Assembly (NCBI GenBank): GCA_014382495.1
Contig: JACNJR010000022.1
Coordinates: 1-39,735, forward strand
From: Candidatus Cloacimonadota bacterium
GTDB taxonomy: Bacteria; Cloacimonadota; Cloacimonadia; JGIOTU-2
Reading direction: 5' to 3'
DNA: 39,735 bases
The notes below the pieces were generated by a model. The model was given only the letters and a program-made list of their open reading frames with translations. It searched no databases and was not told where the DNA came from. Shown one piece after another: positions 17,781-27,048 of this stretch (its first letter is position 1; each line of letters begins with the position of its first letter). Position numbers and translations under genes: made by a program.

Positions 17781-18593
17781 ATGGATAAAAAAATGATTTT
17801 AGTTTGTGATATTGGAAATACGCATATTGTTCTTGGCGTTTATGAGAGCGATAAATTGCTAAAATTCTGGCGAATCCAATCTTCAACTCACAAGACGGAA
17901 GATGAATTTTTTGCCTCTTTCAAATTATTTCTAAATGAGATAAATTTATCGATAAATGATATTTCTGGAGCGGTTATATCTTCAGTTGTGCCGATTTTGA
18001 CAGAAGTTTTCAATCATCTTTTCTGGAAGTATTTTCATCTCAAACCGATTATTGTCTCATCAAAATTGGATTTGGGAATTTCTTACGATAAGATTAAGCG
18101 CCCGTTAAGTATTGGTGGTGATTTAATTGCGAATGCTTTTGCTGCGCATAAAATTTATGGAGATAAAAATAATTGTATTGTTGTCGATTTTGGGACAGCG
18201 ACAACTATTCAGCTTATTTCGCAAAAAAGAGAATTTTATGGAACCGTTATCTCGCCTGGAGTTCAGACATCATCTGAAAGTTTATTCAAAATTGCGGCTC
18301 AACTTGGCCAAATCAAACTTGACTCACCAAAAAAAGTTATTGGCGATGATACAAGGTCAGCAATGCTTTCTGGCATTGTGTTTGGCGCCGCAATAATGGC
18401 AGATGGTTTTATCAAAAAAATCAAAATGGAATATTCAAATCTTGATGGAAATTTTTGCACAATTGCAACTGGCGGAATCTCAGATTTGATTTGCAAACAT
18501 ACAAAATCAATAGAAAAAATAAATAAAAACTTGACTTTACAAGGACTACAATTAATATATTGTCACTTAAAAGGAATTGCCTATACAGATTGA
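17781..18593 (+). CDS. coaX: Type III pantothenate kinase
   Basis: It carries LVCDIGNTHIV (DxGNT) and VVDFGTATT motifs. The length is 270 aa. Confidence 0.9.
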   Translation: MDKKMILVCDIGNTHIVLGVYESDKLLKFWRIQSSTHKTEDEFFASFKLFLNEINLSINDISGAVISSVVPILTEVFNHLFWKYFHLKPIIVSSKLDLGISYDKIKRPLSIGGDLIANAFAAHKIYGDKNNCIVVDFGTATTIQLISQKREFYGTVISPGVQTSSESLFKIAAQLGQIKLDSPKKVIGDDTRSAMLSGIVFGAAIMADGFIKKIKMEYSNLDGNFCTIATGGISDLICKHTKSIEKINKNLTLQGLQLIYCHLKGIAYTD

Positions 18594-18726
18594 TACAATT
18601 TAGATATAGCTTGAACGGCTAAAGCGCATTCACAATTGCGTGTTCGAAGAATTTGCTTTTGGTTTGGTATGCGCATTTTAAGATTAATATTTCCCAACGG
18701 AAATAAATAGCAAAAAAATATCTATT

Positions 18727-21700
18727 ATGAAAAGTATATCTGTTTCGGCAAAAAAAATTCGTTTTCTGGTAATTTTATTTTGCAGTTTATCGATATTTAG
18801 CAAACTGCTTTATGCTAAAATTCCAACTTCGCAAAATATATCGTCAGAATCTGATACTACAAATTTAGTGATAGATATAAAATCCTCGCCAGCATCATTT
18901 TTTACTCCGAAATTATTTCATTCTACAGCTAATTATTGCGACAGCAATGCAGTTTTTTCTTATTCATATTTTAAAGTATTTATTCCTGAAAGTTTCAATT
19001 ATCACTTTCTCAAAAATAGATTATATTCTTCGGATTGTGAGTTTGATATTGAGAATAATCTTGCGATTATCAAAACGAAATTTGTTAATGTTGAAATTAT
19101 TCCGCCAATTGCAATTCCTTTAGAAAAATTTTGGAAAATTCAAGAAGACATTCTTTTTTATAAATTATTTTACAAAAAACTTTCAGAGACAAAAATACAG
19201 AAACATCAAGAAAGCGATACAGAAGGACTTTTTAAGGACATCGATTTTCCTGAAGTGAAAATGCCAAGGGCGTTGAGAAAAATTTTCGGTGATAAACTTG
19301 GTCGCTTAAAAGTTACAGGTTCCCAAAAAATTACTGTTGGCGGTGTGAAAACTGTTCGAGAAGGCGAAGCTATAACTGAAAGTACAAAAAAAAATATTTT
19401 ACCCGATTTGAAAATGGAACAAAAACTCGATTTGGGAATTAATGGAACTATTGGCGATAAAATAAAAGTCGATGTGGAACAGACCTCCGAAGAATCAATT
19501 TTCAAAGAGAACACGATAAATGTGAAATATGAAGGCAACGAGGATGACCCAATAAAATTAATTGAGCTTGGCGATACTCAATTGCGGCTGACTGGCTCAA
19601 AATATATTAGTTATTCTGCTTCATCAGAAGATCTTTTTGGAGTAAAGGGGAAATTCGAATTTGGAAAATTAAAATTTACTACAATTCTCAGCCAAGAAGA
19701 AGGGCAGCATGCCACAGCAAGCGCAACCGGAACAGCAAAAGAGGATTTTTCAGAAATTCGCGATATGGATTTTGCCAGAAATAAATATTTCTATATTGGT
19801 GATCCCAATCCAGAAAACCCAAATTCCATTTTTGAAGTAATATCTGGCGAATTAGTTAAAAAAGATAGTTTAATGCCATTGAATGGAACTGTCAGAGTTT
19901 TTCTCCATAATGGTGGGAATTTCGATCCAATAAATGATATAATTGGACGCTCAATTTACGATACAGACGGTGATACTCTTTATTATTTTCAGGAACTTGA
20001 AGCGATGAATGATTTTTATATCGATTATCTGAATTCTCCATATATTATCACTTTTAAAAAACATATCTCAAATTTTGATGTGATTGGAATCGTGTATGAG
20101 ACCGAATCTTACATAATCGGAGATGCTGCATCTGACACAATTGAAGTAAAACTTATTAAGAAAAATTATACAAGTTCAGGTTTTCCTGAAGAAGTTCTTT
20201 GGGATTATCAAATGAAAAATCGATATGACCTCGGCGCGCAAAATATCGAGAAAGATGATTTTGAAGTAAAAATTTATCAATATGGTTCAAGTGGTGAAAA
20301 AATTGAAGGAGTTGTAATTGATACTGTTTATCAAACTTATGTTGAATTAATGGGGCTTGACCGCAATAATGACGGACAAGTAAATGGTTATGATGACCAA
20401 TCGGGTGGACTCATCGATTTGACTGCTGGGATTATTAATTTTCCATATTTAAAACCATTTGATTCTTCAACTTTTGAGTACATCAATTCAGAGCTTTCCC
20501 ACTTAGGAAACGATAATATTTATGATGAATTAAATCCCGATCCAACTGAATATGCCCCATTTTATATTAGCGTGAAGATGAAAAGATCATCAAGTTATGT
20601 CGATCTTGGATACATTAATATCATTCAAAATAGCGAGAAAGTATATGTCAACGAAGAGCTGATGAATAAGGGAACAGATTACGCCATTGACTATATGAGC
20701 GGAACGGTTACTCTAAAAGGCGCTGCCGCAGCTGACCCAAATGCTGATGTGAAAATTGATTTTGAGTACGAACCATTTTTTACATTAGATAAAAAAAGTA
20801 TGATGGGTTTCCGAGCGGATTATGAATTCAATAAAAATGTTGGTATCGGCGCAACTTTTATGTATGAGAGCGAAACGGTAAAGGATAAACATCCCCAAGT
20901 TGGAGGTGAACCACAAAAAATAATCGTTGGCGATATCGACGGAAACATCTCTTTCGACAATATTCCATTTTTGACAAATCTTGTGGATAAAATTCCGCTC
21001 GTGAAAACTAATGCAAAGTCATCTCTCACACTTTCAGGCGAAGTTGCAATGAATATTCCAACCCCCAATGCAACTGATAATAAAGAGGCATATCTGGACG
21101 ATATGGAGAGTTCGGTTGAAAAATTTTCCCTCGGAATTAATCGAACGAGTTGGAGTTTTGCAAGTTGGCCAGCAAAAATCGATACCTCAGGAAATAATCT
21201 AAATGCATCTAACAGAGGAAATTTTAAATGGTATAATCCAAATGAAGCGGTTCGAGCGGGAGACATTTATGAGGAAATTTCTGAGCAAGAAAAACGAGAA
21301 TATGTCACAATCTTGGAATGTAAATTAGATACTTTGGAAAATGAGGATCAATCTCAATGTTGGGGCGGCATAATGAAAGCGTTTGGCTCAACTTCAATGG
21401 ATTTCTCAGAAAAGAAATATTTGGAAATTATGATAAATGCTAAAGATGCGGTTACGGGCGACTCTTTATTTGTAGATTTAGGTTATATCAGTGAAGATTT
21501 TTATCCCATTATGAATCCAAATGGAGAATTGGATAAGGAAGATGGGCTTGTTTTTGAAGATGGAAGTTTGGATTTAGGCGAAGATTTGGGTTTGGATAGA
21601 GTTGAAGGTGCCGACCCGAGCCCAGCAATAAACCATTTTGAAGATGGAACAGAAGATGTCGATGACGGAAACGACGATTATGATTATGTTACAGATTCTG

Positions 21701-24700
21701 ACGGATATGACAAAATAAATGGTACGGAAAACAACGGAAAACTTGATAGCGAAGATTTGGATGGAAGTGGCGGAAATAGTCCAGATACAAATAATGAATA
21801 TTTTCAGTATGCAATCAATCTTGAAAATATCAATAATGAAATTCAAATTTCAGAAAAGAATGGATGGAAATTTCTAAGAATACCGCTACAAGATTCAACA
21901 TTTTATAGAAAACGAGGAGCAAATCCGGATTTTTCATATATCAAATATGGTAGAATCTGGGCGAAGACAAATTCATCGCTAACATTAAAAATTGTATCTT
22001 GTGAAATCGTCGGAAATAGATGGAAAGCATCTGCAATTTTGGATACTTCACTCACAACGCCAAACAATTTAGGAGAATACGAAGAATTTGAAGTCGCTTC
22101 AGATAATAATCGAGATAATGGAAATTATACTCCGCCTCCCGGCTCAATTGAAGAAAGTACGAATAAAGACGAAACAATAATCGAGAAAGCAATATTTCTG
22201 TCCTGCAATGAGATTCAACCAAATCGATATATTTATGCAAGACGAAATCTTTCAGAATCTGTTAATTTGCTTTCATACGAAAAAATAAAATTCTGGGTTT
22301 ATGCACAATCAGACAATAGCAGTGAAGAGACAATTGTTTTTCGAATCGGGGCAGATACTTCAAACTATTATGAATATCGGAAAAAAATTCCAGTTTATGA
22401 TGACCTTAATTCAGAAATGAAAGAAGATAGATGGACCTCGATTACTATTGATTATACGGAGCTTACAAATCTGAAAAAAGACGATATCCCAGATACTTTG
22501 CAAAATATTAAAGGTTCTCCATCTCTAAATTATGTAAAGCAAATCATTTTTGGCTTAATTCGCCCTGCTTCAGTCGACACGAATTTTACGGGCAGAATCT
22601 ATTTTGATGATATAAGATTGGCAAATCCTTATGATGAAATCGGTATTGCATCTACATTAAGTTTGAATGGGAAATTTGCAGATTTTTTCGATTTTAAGAT
22701 TAGTTTTGAAAATAAAACGCCGAACTTTTATTCAATTGGTGCTGATAAAGGTTACGGAAGCAACTTGATAAAATATAGTTTGGATTATGGGAAAATCCAC
22801 CTAAATAAATTTTTGCCAGATTCTTGGGGATTTAACATTCCATTGAATTTGAAATATTCACTTTCTGAAAGCAAACCGAGATTTAAGCCAAATTCTGATG
22901 TGAAATTAACCTCAGACAAGGAAAGGAATTTGCTGAAAACTAAGACAAAAAATCGCTCCGCGTCTATTTCGATAGACAAAAGTAAAAAATCTTCAAACTT
23001 GTTTGTGAAATATCTAATCGACAACATATTCTTATCCGGCGATATTTCAGAAAGAGAATCTCTGTCGCCGACGAAAAAGGATACGACACTTTCATATGGA
23101 GGAATATTTAAATACAATTTAAGTTTTTCGCGAGATAATTCATTTAAGCCGTTGAAAAATTTCAAGATATTTTATTTGCCACAAAAGATGAGTTTTAATC
23201 TTGATTATGACTATTCTCGTTCAAAAACTTGGACAAAACAGACATTAGATTTGGAAGATTTTAGAAATGATACTAAAATTCCGACCGAAAAAGCAAAAAC
23301 AACTTTTGATGTCGATTACGAAATATTTTCTGATTGCAAAACAGATTATACTTTGAACACTACAAGAGATTTGCAGAAACGCCTTTTATTTAAGAATATG
23401 AATATCGGAATTGAAACTAGCCGAACGCAAAAAATTAATCTCAACTACAACCCAAATTTCCTAAAATTTATTGATTTTTCATCAAATTATGGAACGACAT
23501 ATAATCAAGATAGAAACGAATCTCAAACAAATGATACTCTTACAACGATAAATTATAAAGTTGGGAATAATCGTACAATCCAAAGTGGATTGTCACTCAA
23601 ATTTGATAAATGGGGAAAAGATTTGATGGATGCGGTCACACTTCCTGAAATTAAAACGGAAGAGGAAACTAGTCCTAAAAACGAAGGAAAAACTGCTGAC
23701 CAAGATACAACTTCTGTTGAGCTGTCAAATGATATTGAGGAATATGTTTCTACCGAAATAGAAATTGATTCAATCGAAGTCGGAATTGATTCAACGCAAA
23801 TTTCTTCGAAAGATTTGCCTTTATATGAAAAGAAAAAAAAGAGACATCCTTTGCTCTTAACTGCCGCATCAATAACCGGAAAAGTGTTTGGTTTTGGAAT
23901 AAAAAATCTCGGAAATATAAAAGTAAATTATACAAATAACCTAAACACAGATTATAATACGCAGACCGATTCATTGCCACTGCCAGATTTCAAGTATCAA
24001 ATAGGCATATATGATTTAAAATCGATGGGATTGCGACCGAAAAAAGAGAGCGACAAAATCACAACTTCTACTTCAAATAGATTTAATATTTTCAAAACTC
24101 TTTCTGCAACGGTGAAAGCAAATTATGATTGGGAAAAGAGCGAAACTTCCGGAACAAAAACAGAGAAGATAAATTATACTTTGCCTGATGTGAGTTTGAA
24201 TTATACTGGATTTGATAAAATAATTCCATGGAATTTTGTCTCGAATTCTTCGGTTTCAAGTGGAATATCACGAAAAATTTCCGAAGAGATTTCAAGTTCT
24301 ACTAAAAATTCAGAAAATATTACAATCAATTCTTCCATCACTTTGCCACTAAATTTAATCGAGAATATAGATACAAAAATTACGTTCTCTCACACTTTGG
24401 GGAATATTAAAGGTGAAAGTTCTAATGGAAACGAAACCGGTTCGAGAAATCAGGATTTAAGAATTTCTGGAAATATTGGGTACTCTTTCAGGGCAGAAAA
24501 ACCGATAAAAATTCCATTGTTAGGCAAAATAAATATGAAAAATAAATTAGATGCGTTGCTGAAAGTTTCATTCAATTCAAACAAAAAAAATGATTATGCA
24601 TATTCAACAGATAATTGGCAAGTTATGATGGATAAGACAACTCTGATAATTGAACCTGGAGTTACATACGAATTTAGTCGTGATATTGATGGCGGTCTAA

Positions 24701-24789
24701 CTGCAAAATATGAACGGTCAAATGATAAGAAATCTGGAAAATCTACACAAACCACTTCGCTGAATTTCTGGGTTCAATTTGATTTTTAA
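18727..24789 (+). CDS. sprA: T9SS outer-membrane translocon SprA (Sov)
   Basis: The 2020-aa product has a signal peptide. The N-terminal SprA signature block reads LKVTGSQKITVGG...KLDLGINGTIGDKIKVDVEQTSE...INVKYEGNEDDPIKLIELGDT...LFGVKGKFEFGKLKFTTILSQEEGQ. An acidic D/G/N-rich insert is present, and beta-barrel-like repeats run to the C-terminal WVQFDF. Confidence 0.9.
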   Translation: MKSISVSAKKIRFLVILFCSLSIFSKLLYAKIPTSQNISSESDTTNLVIDIKSSPASFFTPKLFHSTANYCDSNAVFSYSYFKVFIPESFNYHFLKNRLYSSDCEFDIENNLAIIKTKFVNVEIIPPIAIPLEKFWKIQEDILFYKLFYKKLSETKIQKHQESDTEGLFKDIDFPEVKMPRALRKIFGDKLGRLKVTGSQKITVGGVKTVREGEAITESTKKNILPDLKMEQKLDLGINGTIGDKIKVDVEQTSEESIFKENTINVKYEGNEDDPIKLIELGDTQLRLTGSKYISYSASSEDLFGVKGKFEFGKLKFTTILSQEEGQHATASATGTAKEDFSEIRDMDFARNKYFYIGDPNPENPNSIFEVISGELVKKDSLMPLNGTVRVFLHNGGNFDPINDIIGRSIYDTDGDTLYYFQELEAMNDFYIDYLNSPYIITFKKHISNFDVIGIVYETESYIIGDAASDTIEVKLIKKNYTSSGFPEEVLWDYQMKNRYDLGAQNIEKDDFEVKIYQYGSSGEKIEGVVIDTVYQTYVELMGLDRNNDGQVNGYDDQSGGLIDLTAGIINFPYLKPFDSSTFEYINSELSHLGNDNIYDELNPDPTEYAPFYISVKMKRSSSYVDLGYINIIQNSEKVYVNEELMNKGTDYAIDYMSGTVTLKGAAAADPNADVKIDFEYEPFFTLDKKSMMGFRADYEFNKNVGIGATFMYESETVKDKHPQVGGEPQKIIVGDIDGNISFDNIPFLTNLVDKIPLVKTNAKSSLTLSGEVAMNIPTPNATDNKEAYLDDMESSVEKFSLGINRTSWSFASWPAKIDTSGNNLNASNRGNFKWYNPNEAVRAGDIYEEISEQEKREYVTILECKLDTLENEDQSQCWGGIMKAFGSTSMDFSEKKYLEIMINAKDAVTGDSLFVDLGYISEDFYPIMNPNGELDKEDGLVFEDGSLDLGEDLGLDRVEGADPSPAINHFEDGTEDVDDGNDDYDYVTDSDGYDKINGTENNGKLDSEDLDGSGGNSPDTNNEYFQYAINLENINNEIQISEKNGWKFLRIPLQDSTFYRKRGANPDFSYIKYGRIWAKTNSSLTLKIVSCEIVGNRWKASAILDTSLTTPNNLGEYEEFEVASDNNRDNGNYTPPPGSIEESTNKDETIIEKAIFLSCNEIQPNRYIYARRNLSESVNLLSYEKIKFWVYAQSDNSSEETIVFRIGADTSNYYEYRKKIPVYDDLNSEMKEDRWTSITIDYTELTNLKKDDIPDTLQNIKGSPSLNYVKQIIFGLIRPASVDTNFTGRIYFDDIRLANPYDEIGIASTLSLNGKFADFFDFKISFENKTPNFYSIGADKGYGSNLIKYSLDYGKIHLNKFLPDSWGFNIPLNLKYSLSESKPRFKPNSDVKLTSDKERNLLKTKTKNRSASISIDKSKKSSNLFVKYLIDNIFLSGDISERESLSPTKKDTTLSYGGIFKYNLSFSRDNSFKPLKNFKIFYLPQKMSFNLDYDYSRSKTWTKQTLDLEDFRNDTKIPTEKAKTTFDVDYEIFSDCKTDYTLNTTRDLQKRLLFKNMNIGIETSRTQKINLNYNPNFLKFIDFSSNYGTTYNQDRNESQTNDTLTTINYKVGNNRTIQSGLSLKFDKWGKDLMDAVTLPEIKTEEETSPKNEGKTADQDTTSVELSNDIEEYVSTEIEIDSIEVGIDSTQISSKDLPLYEKKKKRHPLLLTAASITGKVFGFGIKNLGNIKVNYTNNLNTDYNTQTDSLPLPDFKYQIGIYDLKSMGLRPKKESDKITTSTSNRFNIFKTLSATVKANYDWEKSETSGTKTEKINYTLPDVSLNYTGFDKIIPWNFVSNSSVSSGISRKISEEISSSTKNSENITINSSITLPLNLIENIDTKITFSHTLGNIKGESSNGNETGSRNQDLRISGNIGYSFRAEKPIKIPLLGKINMKNKLDALLKVSFNSNKKNDYAYSTDNWQVMMDKTTLIIEPGVTYEFSRDIDGGLTAKYERSNDKKSGKSTQTTSLNFWVQFDF

Positions 24790-24831
24790 AATTTGCCACA
24801 AACTAATACAAACTTTTAGTGACGAATTTTA

Positions 24832-25269
24832 CTAAAATCTATAACTCAACGAGATAGTATTTCCATCAAATTTTAATTCTATTTTTCTCTTTTTCTCTTC
24901 AAAATCATAAAGTTTAGCATCCACAAAAGCATCCACAACAGAGAGAAATTTGATGGCACCAAACCACCAATACATATTCTGGCGTTTATCGTAAAATTGA
25001 CTATATTCTGCCTGATTTTCATCATCCCAAGCATCATTCATCTTGATGTGATAATCAATGGCATACCCAATCATAATTGCTTCTGTGGCAAACACAGCGA
25101 CAGATTTGAAATATTTTTGATTGTAGAATTGCCCACCGCCAGGAACAATAAACGAATATAACATTGCTTTTGTTGCATTTTTTTCGGAAATTTTTTCCTT
25201 CTCATTTGCAACAAGAAAATTACAAAATAGTAAGATAATTAAGCTAAAAACAAAAATTTTTTTGTTCAT
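24832..25269 (-). CDS. DUF5683-family small membrane/periplasmic protein
   Basis: It has a signal peptide and the motif SFIVPGGGQFYNQKYFKS, which matches the PGxGQxYN signature of DUF5683. Its ATG overlaps the upstream gene's TAA by 1 nt. Confidence 0.6.
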   Translation of the reverse strand: MNKKIFVFSLIILLFCNFLVANEKEKISEKNATKAMLYSFIVPGGGQFYNQKYFKSVAVFATEAIMIGYAIDYHIKMNDAWDDENQAEYSQFYDKRQNMYWWFGAIKFLSVVDAFVDAKLYDFEEKKRKIELKFDGNTISLSYRF

Positions 25270-26126
25270 TATTTTTTTCTAAAAATATGCAATCCAAATC
25301 CGATAAAAGTTGGAATCAAAATATTTATGAAAAATATCAAAAACGAAGCACTGGCTGCACTTCCAGCAGAAATTCCTATCTCTTTGAAAAAATATACAGA
25401 AAGCAGTTCGCGAACACCTAAACCGCTCAAAGTAATCGGTAAAGAGTTGAAAAATATCACAAGTGAAATCATAAAAAATGAGGTAAAGATTGGGACATTT
25501 TCAAATGCATTCAAAATAAGAAAAAACTGAAAAATGTAGACAAATACAAAAATCAATGAGATAAATAACATCTTTCCAATTCTTACTTTCTGAAAAATGG
25601 GAATAAATTTTTTCAATTGTGGAATCAGAATAACCATTTTTTTTGAATATACTAAAATAAGAATTAGAAAAATAGTGCAAATAAAGTAAAGATAATTTTT
25701 GAAAAAACTAAGTGAAAAAAATCCAAATATCAAAAGTGAGCCGAATGCAAATAATTTTTCATAAAACGCCAAAGCGACCATTTCATCCTTTTTTGAGTCG
25801 CTAATATGAAAAGCTCGCCCAATCTCGCCCAATCTCGCAGGAGTGAAAATACTATATGAAAAACTGTACAAAATGGATTTCAAAACCTCAAGATTTTTCA
25901 CCTTTTCATTATTCAAAATAACTAAAAATTTCCATCGTAAAAATTGCAAAAATAGATTTATCGGAAGAAGTAAAAGTGCAAGAAAAATCCATACAAATTT
26001 CGCTTTTGAAAATGCATCAAAAATCTGATTTGGCTTTACAAAATAGAATAGGAAGATGAGAAATAGAATTGTGAAGACGACTTTGACAAATATTTTTTTA
26101 TCAAATTTCATTTCTAATCCTGACAA
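25269..26126 (-). CDS. Polytopic membrane protein, lysylphosphatidylglycerol-synthase TM-region/flippase-like family
   Basis: I count about 8 hydrophobic helices. The conserved-looking PARLGEIGR loop fits the R-x-GE-x-x-R motif of that family. Function is unknown. Confidence 0.55.
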   Translation of the reverse strand: MSGLEMKFDKKIFVKVVFTILFLIFLFYFVKPNQIFDAFSKAKFVWIFLALLLLPINLFLQFLRWKFLVILNNEKVKNLEVLKSILYSFSYSIFTPARLGEIGRAFHISDSKKDEMVALAFYEKLFAFGSLLIFGFFSLSFFKNYLYFICTIFLILILVYSKKMVILIPQLKKFIPIFQKVRIGKMLFISLIFVFVYIFQFFLILNAFENVPIFTSFFMISLVIFFNSLPITLSGLGVRELLSVYFFKEIGISAGSAASASFLIFFINILIPTFIGFGLHIFRKK

Positions 26127-26650
26127 TATCTCTCTTTTTCGCTATAAATACAACCGCAATATTGCTGACGATACATATTTCTCTGTTTGGAAATTTTTAT
26201 TCCCTCTTTCCAAAATTCCCGAAAATCTTGATAGAAAAATTTTACTGAATACTGCTTTGCTAAATTTTCCCCAATTTTTTTTATTGTTTCGTGATTTTGA
26301 AATTTACTGTAAAGTAGAGTAGTTGTGAAATAATCAAATTTACCATTTTTCGCATAAATTGCAGCGGAATTTAATCTTTCATAATAGCAAAATTCGCATC
26401 GCTCGTTTTCACGAAATGCAACATTTCGGAGAAATTTTTCCAGATTATATTCGTCTTTATAAATGATTTTGCAACTCTCCTCTTTCTGAAATCGCTTTAC
26501 TTGGTCAAGCCGTTTTTGATATTCTGTATATGGATGGATATTTGGATTGTACCAGAAACCTGTTATTTCAAATTTATTTTTCAGATGAAAAAATGGAGCG
26601 ACATAGCAAGGTGCGCAGCAGAGATGAAATAGAATTTTTGCATTAGACAT
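26114..26650 (-). CDS. queH: Epoxyqueuosine reductase QueH (DUF208)
   Basis: It carries LHLCCAPC-type (FHLCCAPCY), WYNPNIHPYTEY, CEFCYYERL and YRQQYCGCIYS motifs. Confidence 0.85.
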   Translation of the reverse strand: MSNAKILFHLCCAPCYVAPFFHLKNKFEITGFWYNPNIHPYTEYQKRLDQVKRFQKEESCKIIYKDEYNLEKFLRNVAFRENERCEFCYYERLNSAAIYAKNGKFDYFTTTLLYSKFQNHETIKKIGENLAKQYSVKFFYQDFREFWKEGIKISKQRNMYRQQYCGCIYSEKERYCQD

Positions 26651-26653
26651 TTG

Positions 26654-27034
26654 TCATCTGTCTTCTCGGATTTTTTTGAGAATGATTTTTGCGGAGGGAA
26701 GAAATTCAAAAAATTTGTTTAATTTTTCACAAGCAAATTCATCGCAATATGCACAATTTTTGATTCCCTTTTCTAACCCGCAAAATCGTATTTCACAAAC
26801 TTTGCAGTGACTAAATAGAGGTTCTGTTTTTGACAAACATCCATTACAATTGATGTCTTCTGGCTTGATTTCAGCATTGAATTCTTTAGACCATTGTTCG
26901 GCGACTTTTTTTCTTTCAATGTCGTTATCATTTTTTGTTGCGATAAATGCCGGACATTCATAGCAGATTATTCCACAAAATGCAATTATTTTTTTCATAA
27001 TTTTTCCCCTGTTTTTTAGAAATTTTTTCAGCAA
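26654..27034 (-). CDS. DUF3795-type cysteine-rich protein (probable metal/Fe-S binding)
   Basis: Cys clusters are CGIICYECP, CNGC, HCKVCEIRFC and CAYCDEFAC. The likely real start is the internal MKKIIAFCG (about 26998). The stop lies 3 nt before the queH start. Confidence 0.6.
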   Translation of the reverse strand: MLKKFLKNRGKIMKKIIAFCGIICYECPAFIATKNDNDIERKKVAEQWSKEFNAEIKPEDINCNGCLSKTEPLFSHCKVCEIRFCGLEKGIKNCAYCDEFACEKLNKFFEFLPSAKIILKKIREDR

Positions 27035-27048
27035 ATTTTATATGGTTT

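Noticed and set aside
19386-24595. Homopolymeric A runs of 8-9 nt inside sprA (near 19386-19394, 23833-23840 and 24587-24595) as possible phase-variation tracts
   Set aside because: They encode lysine runs in an AT-rich genome where such tracts are common. Nothing distinguishes them from background.
25814-25838. A 10-bp tandem repeat, ctcgcccaat, in 2.5 copies inside the LPG-synthase-like gene
   Set aside because: It encodes the conserved-looking RLGEIGR loop. There are only 2.5 copies, so it is more likely a by-product of a repeated G-E/G-R peptide than a slippage locus. It would only merit a look if read data show length variation.
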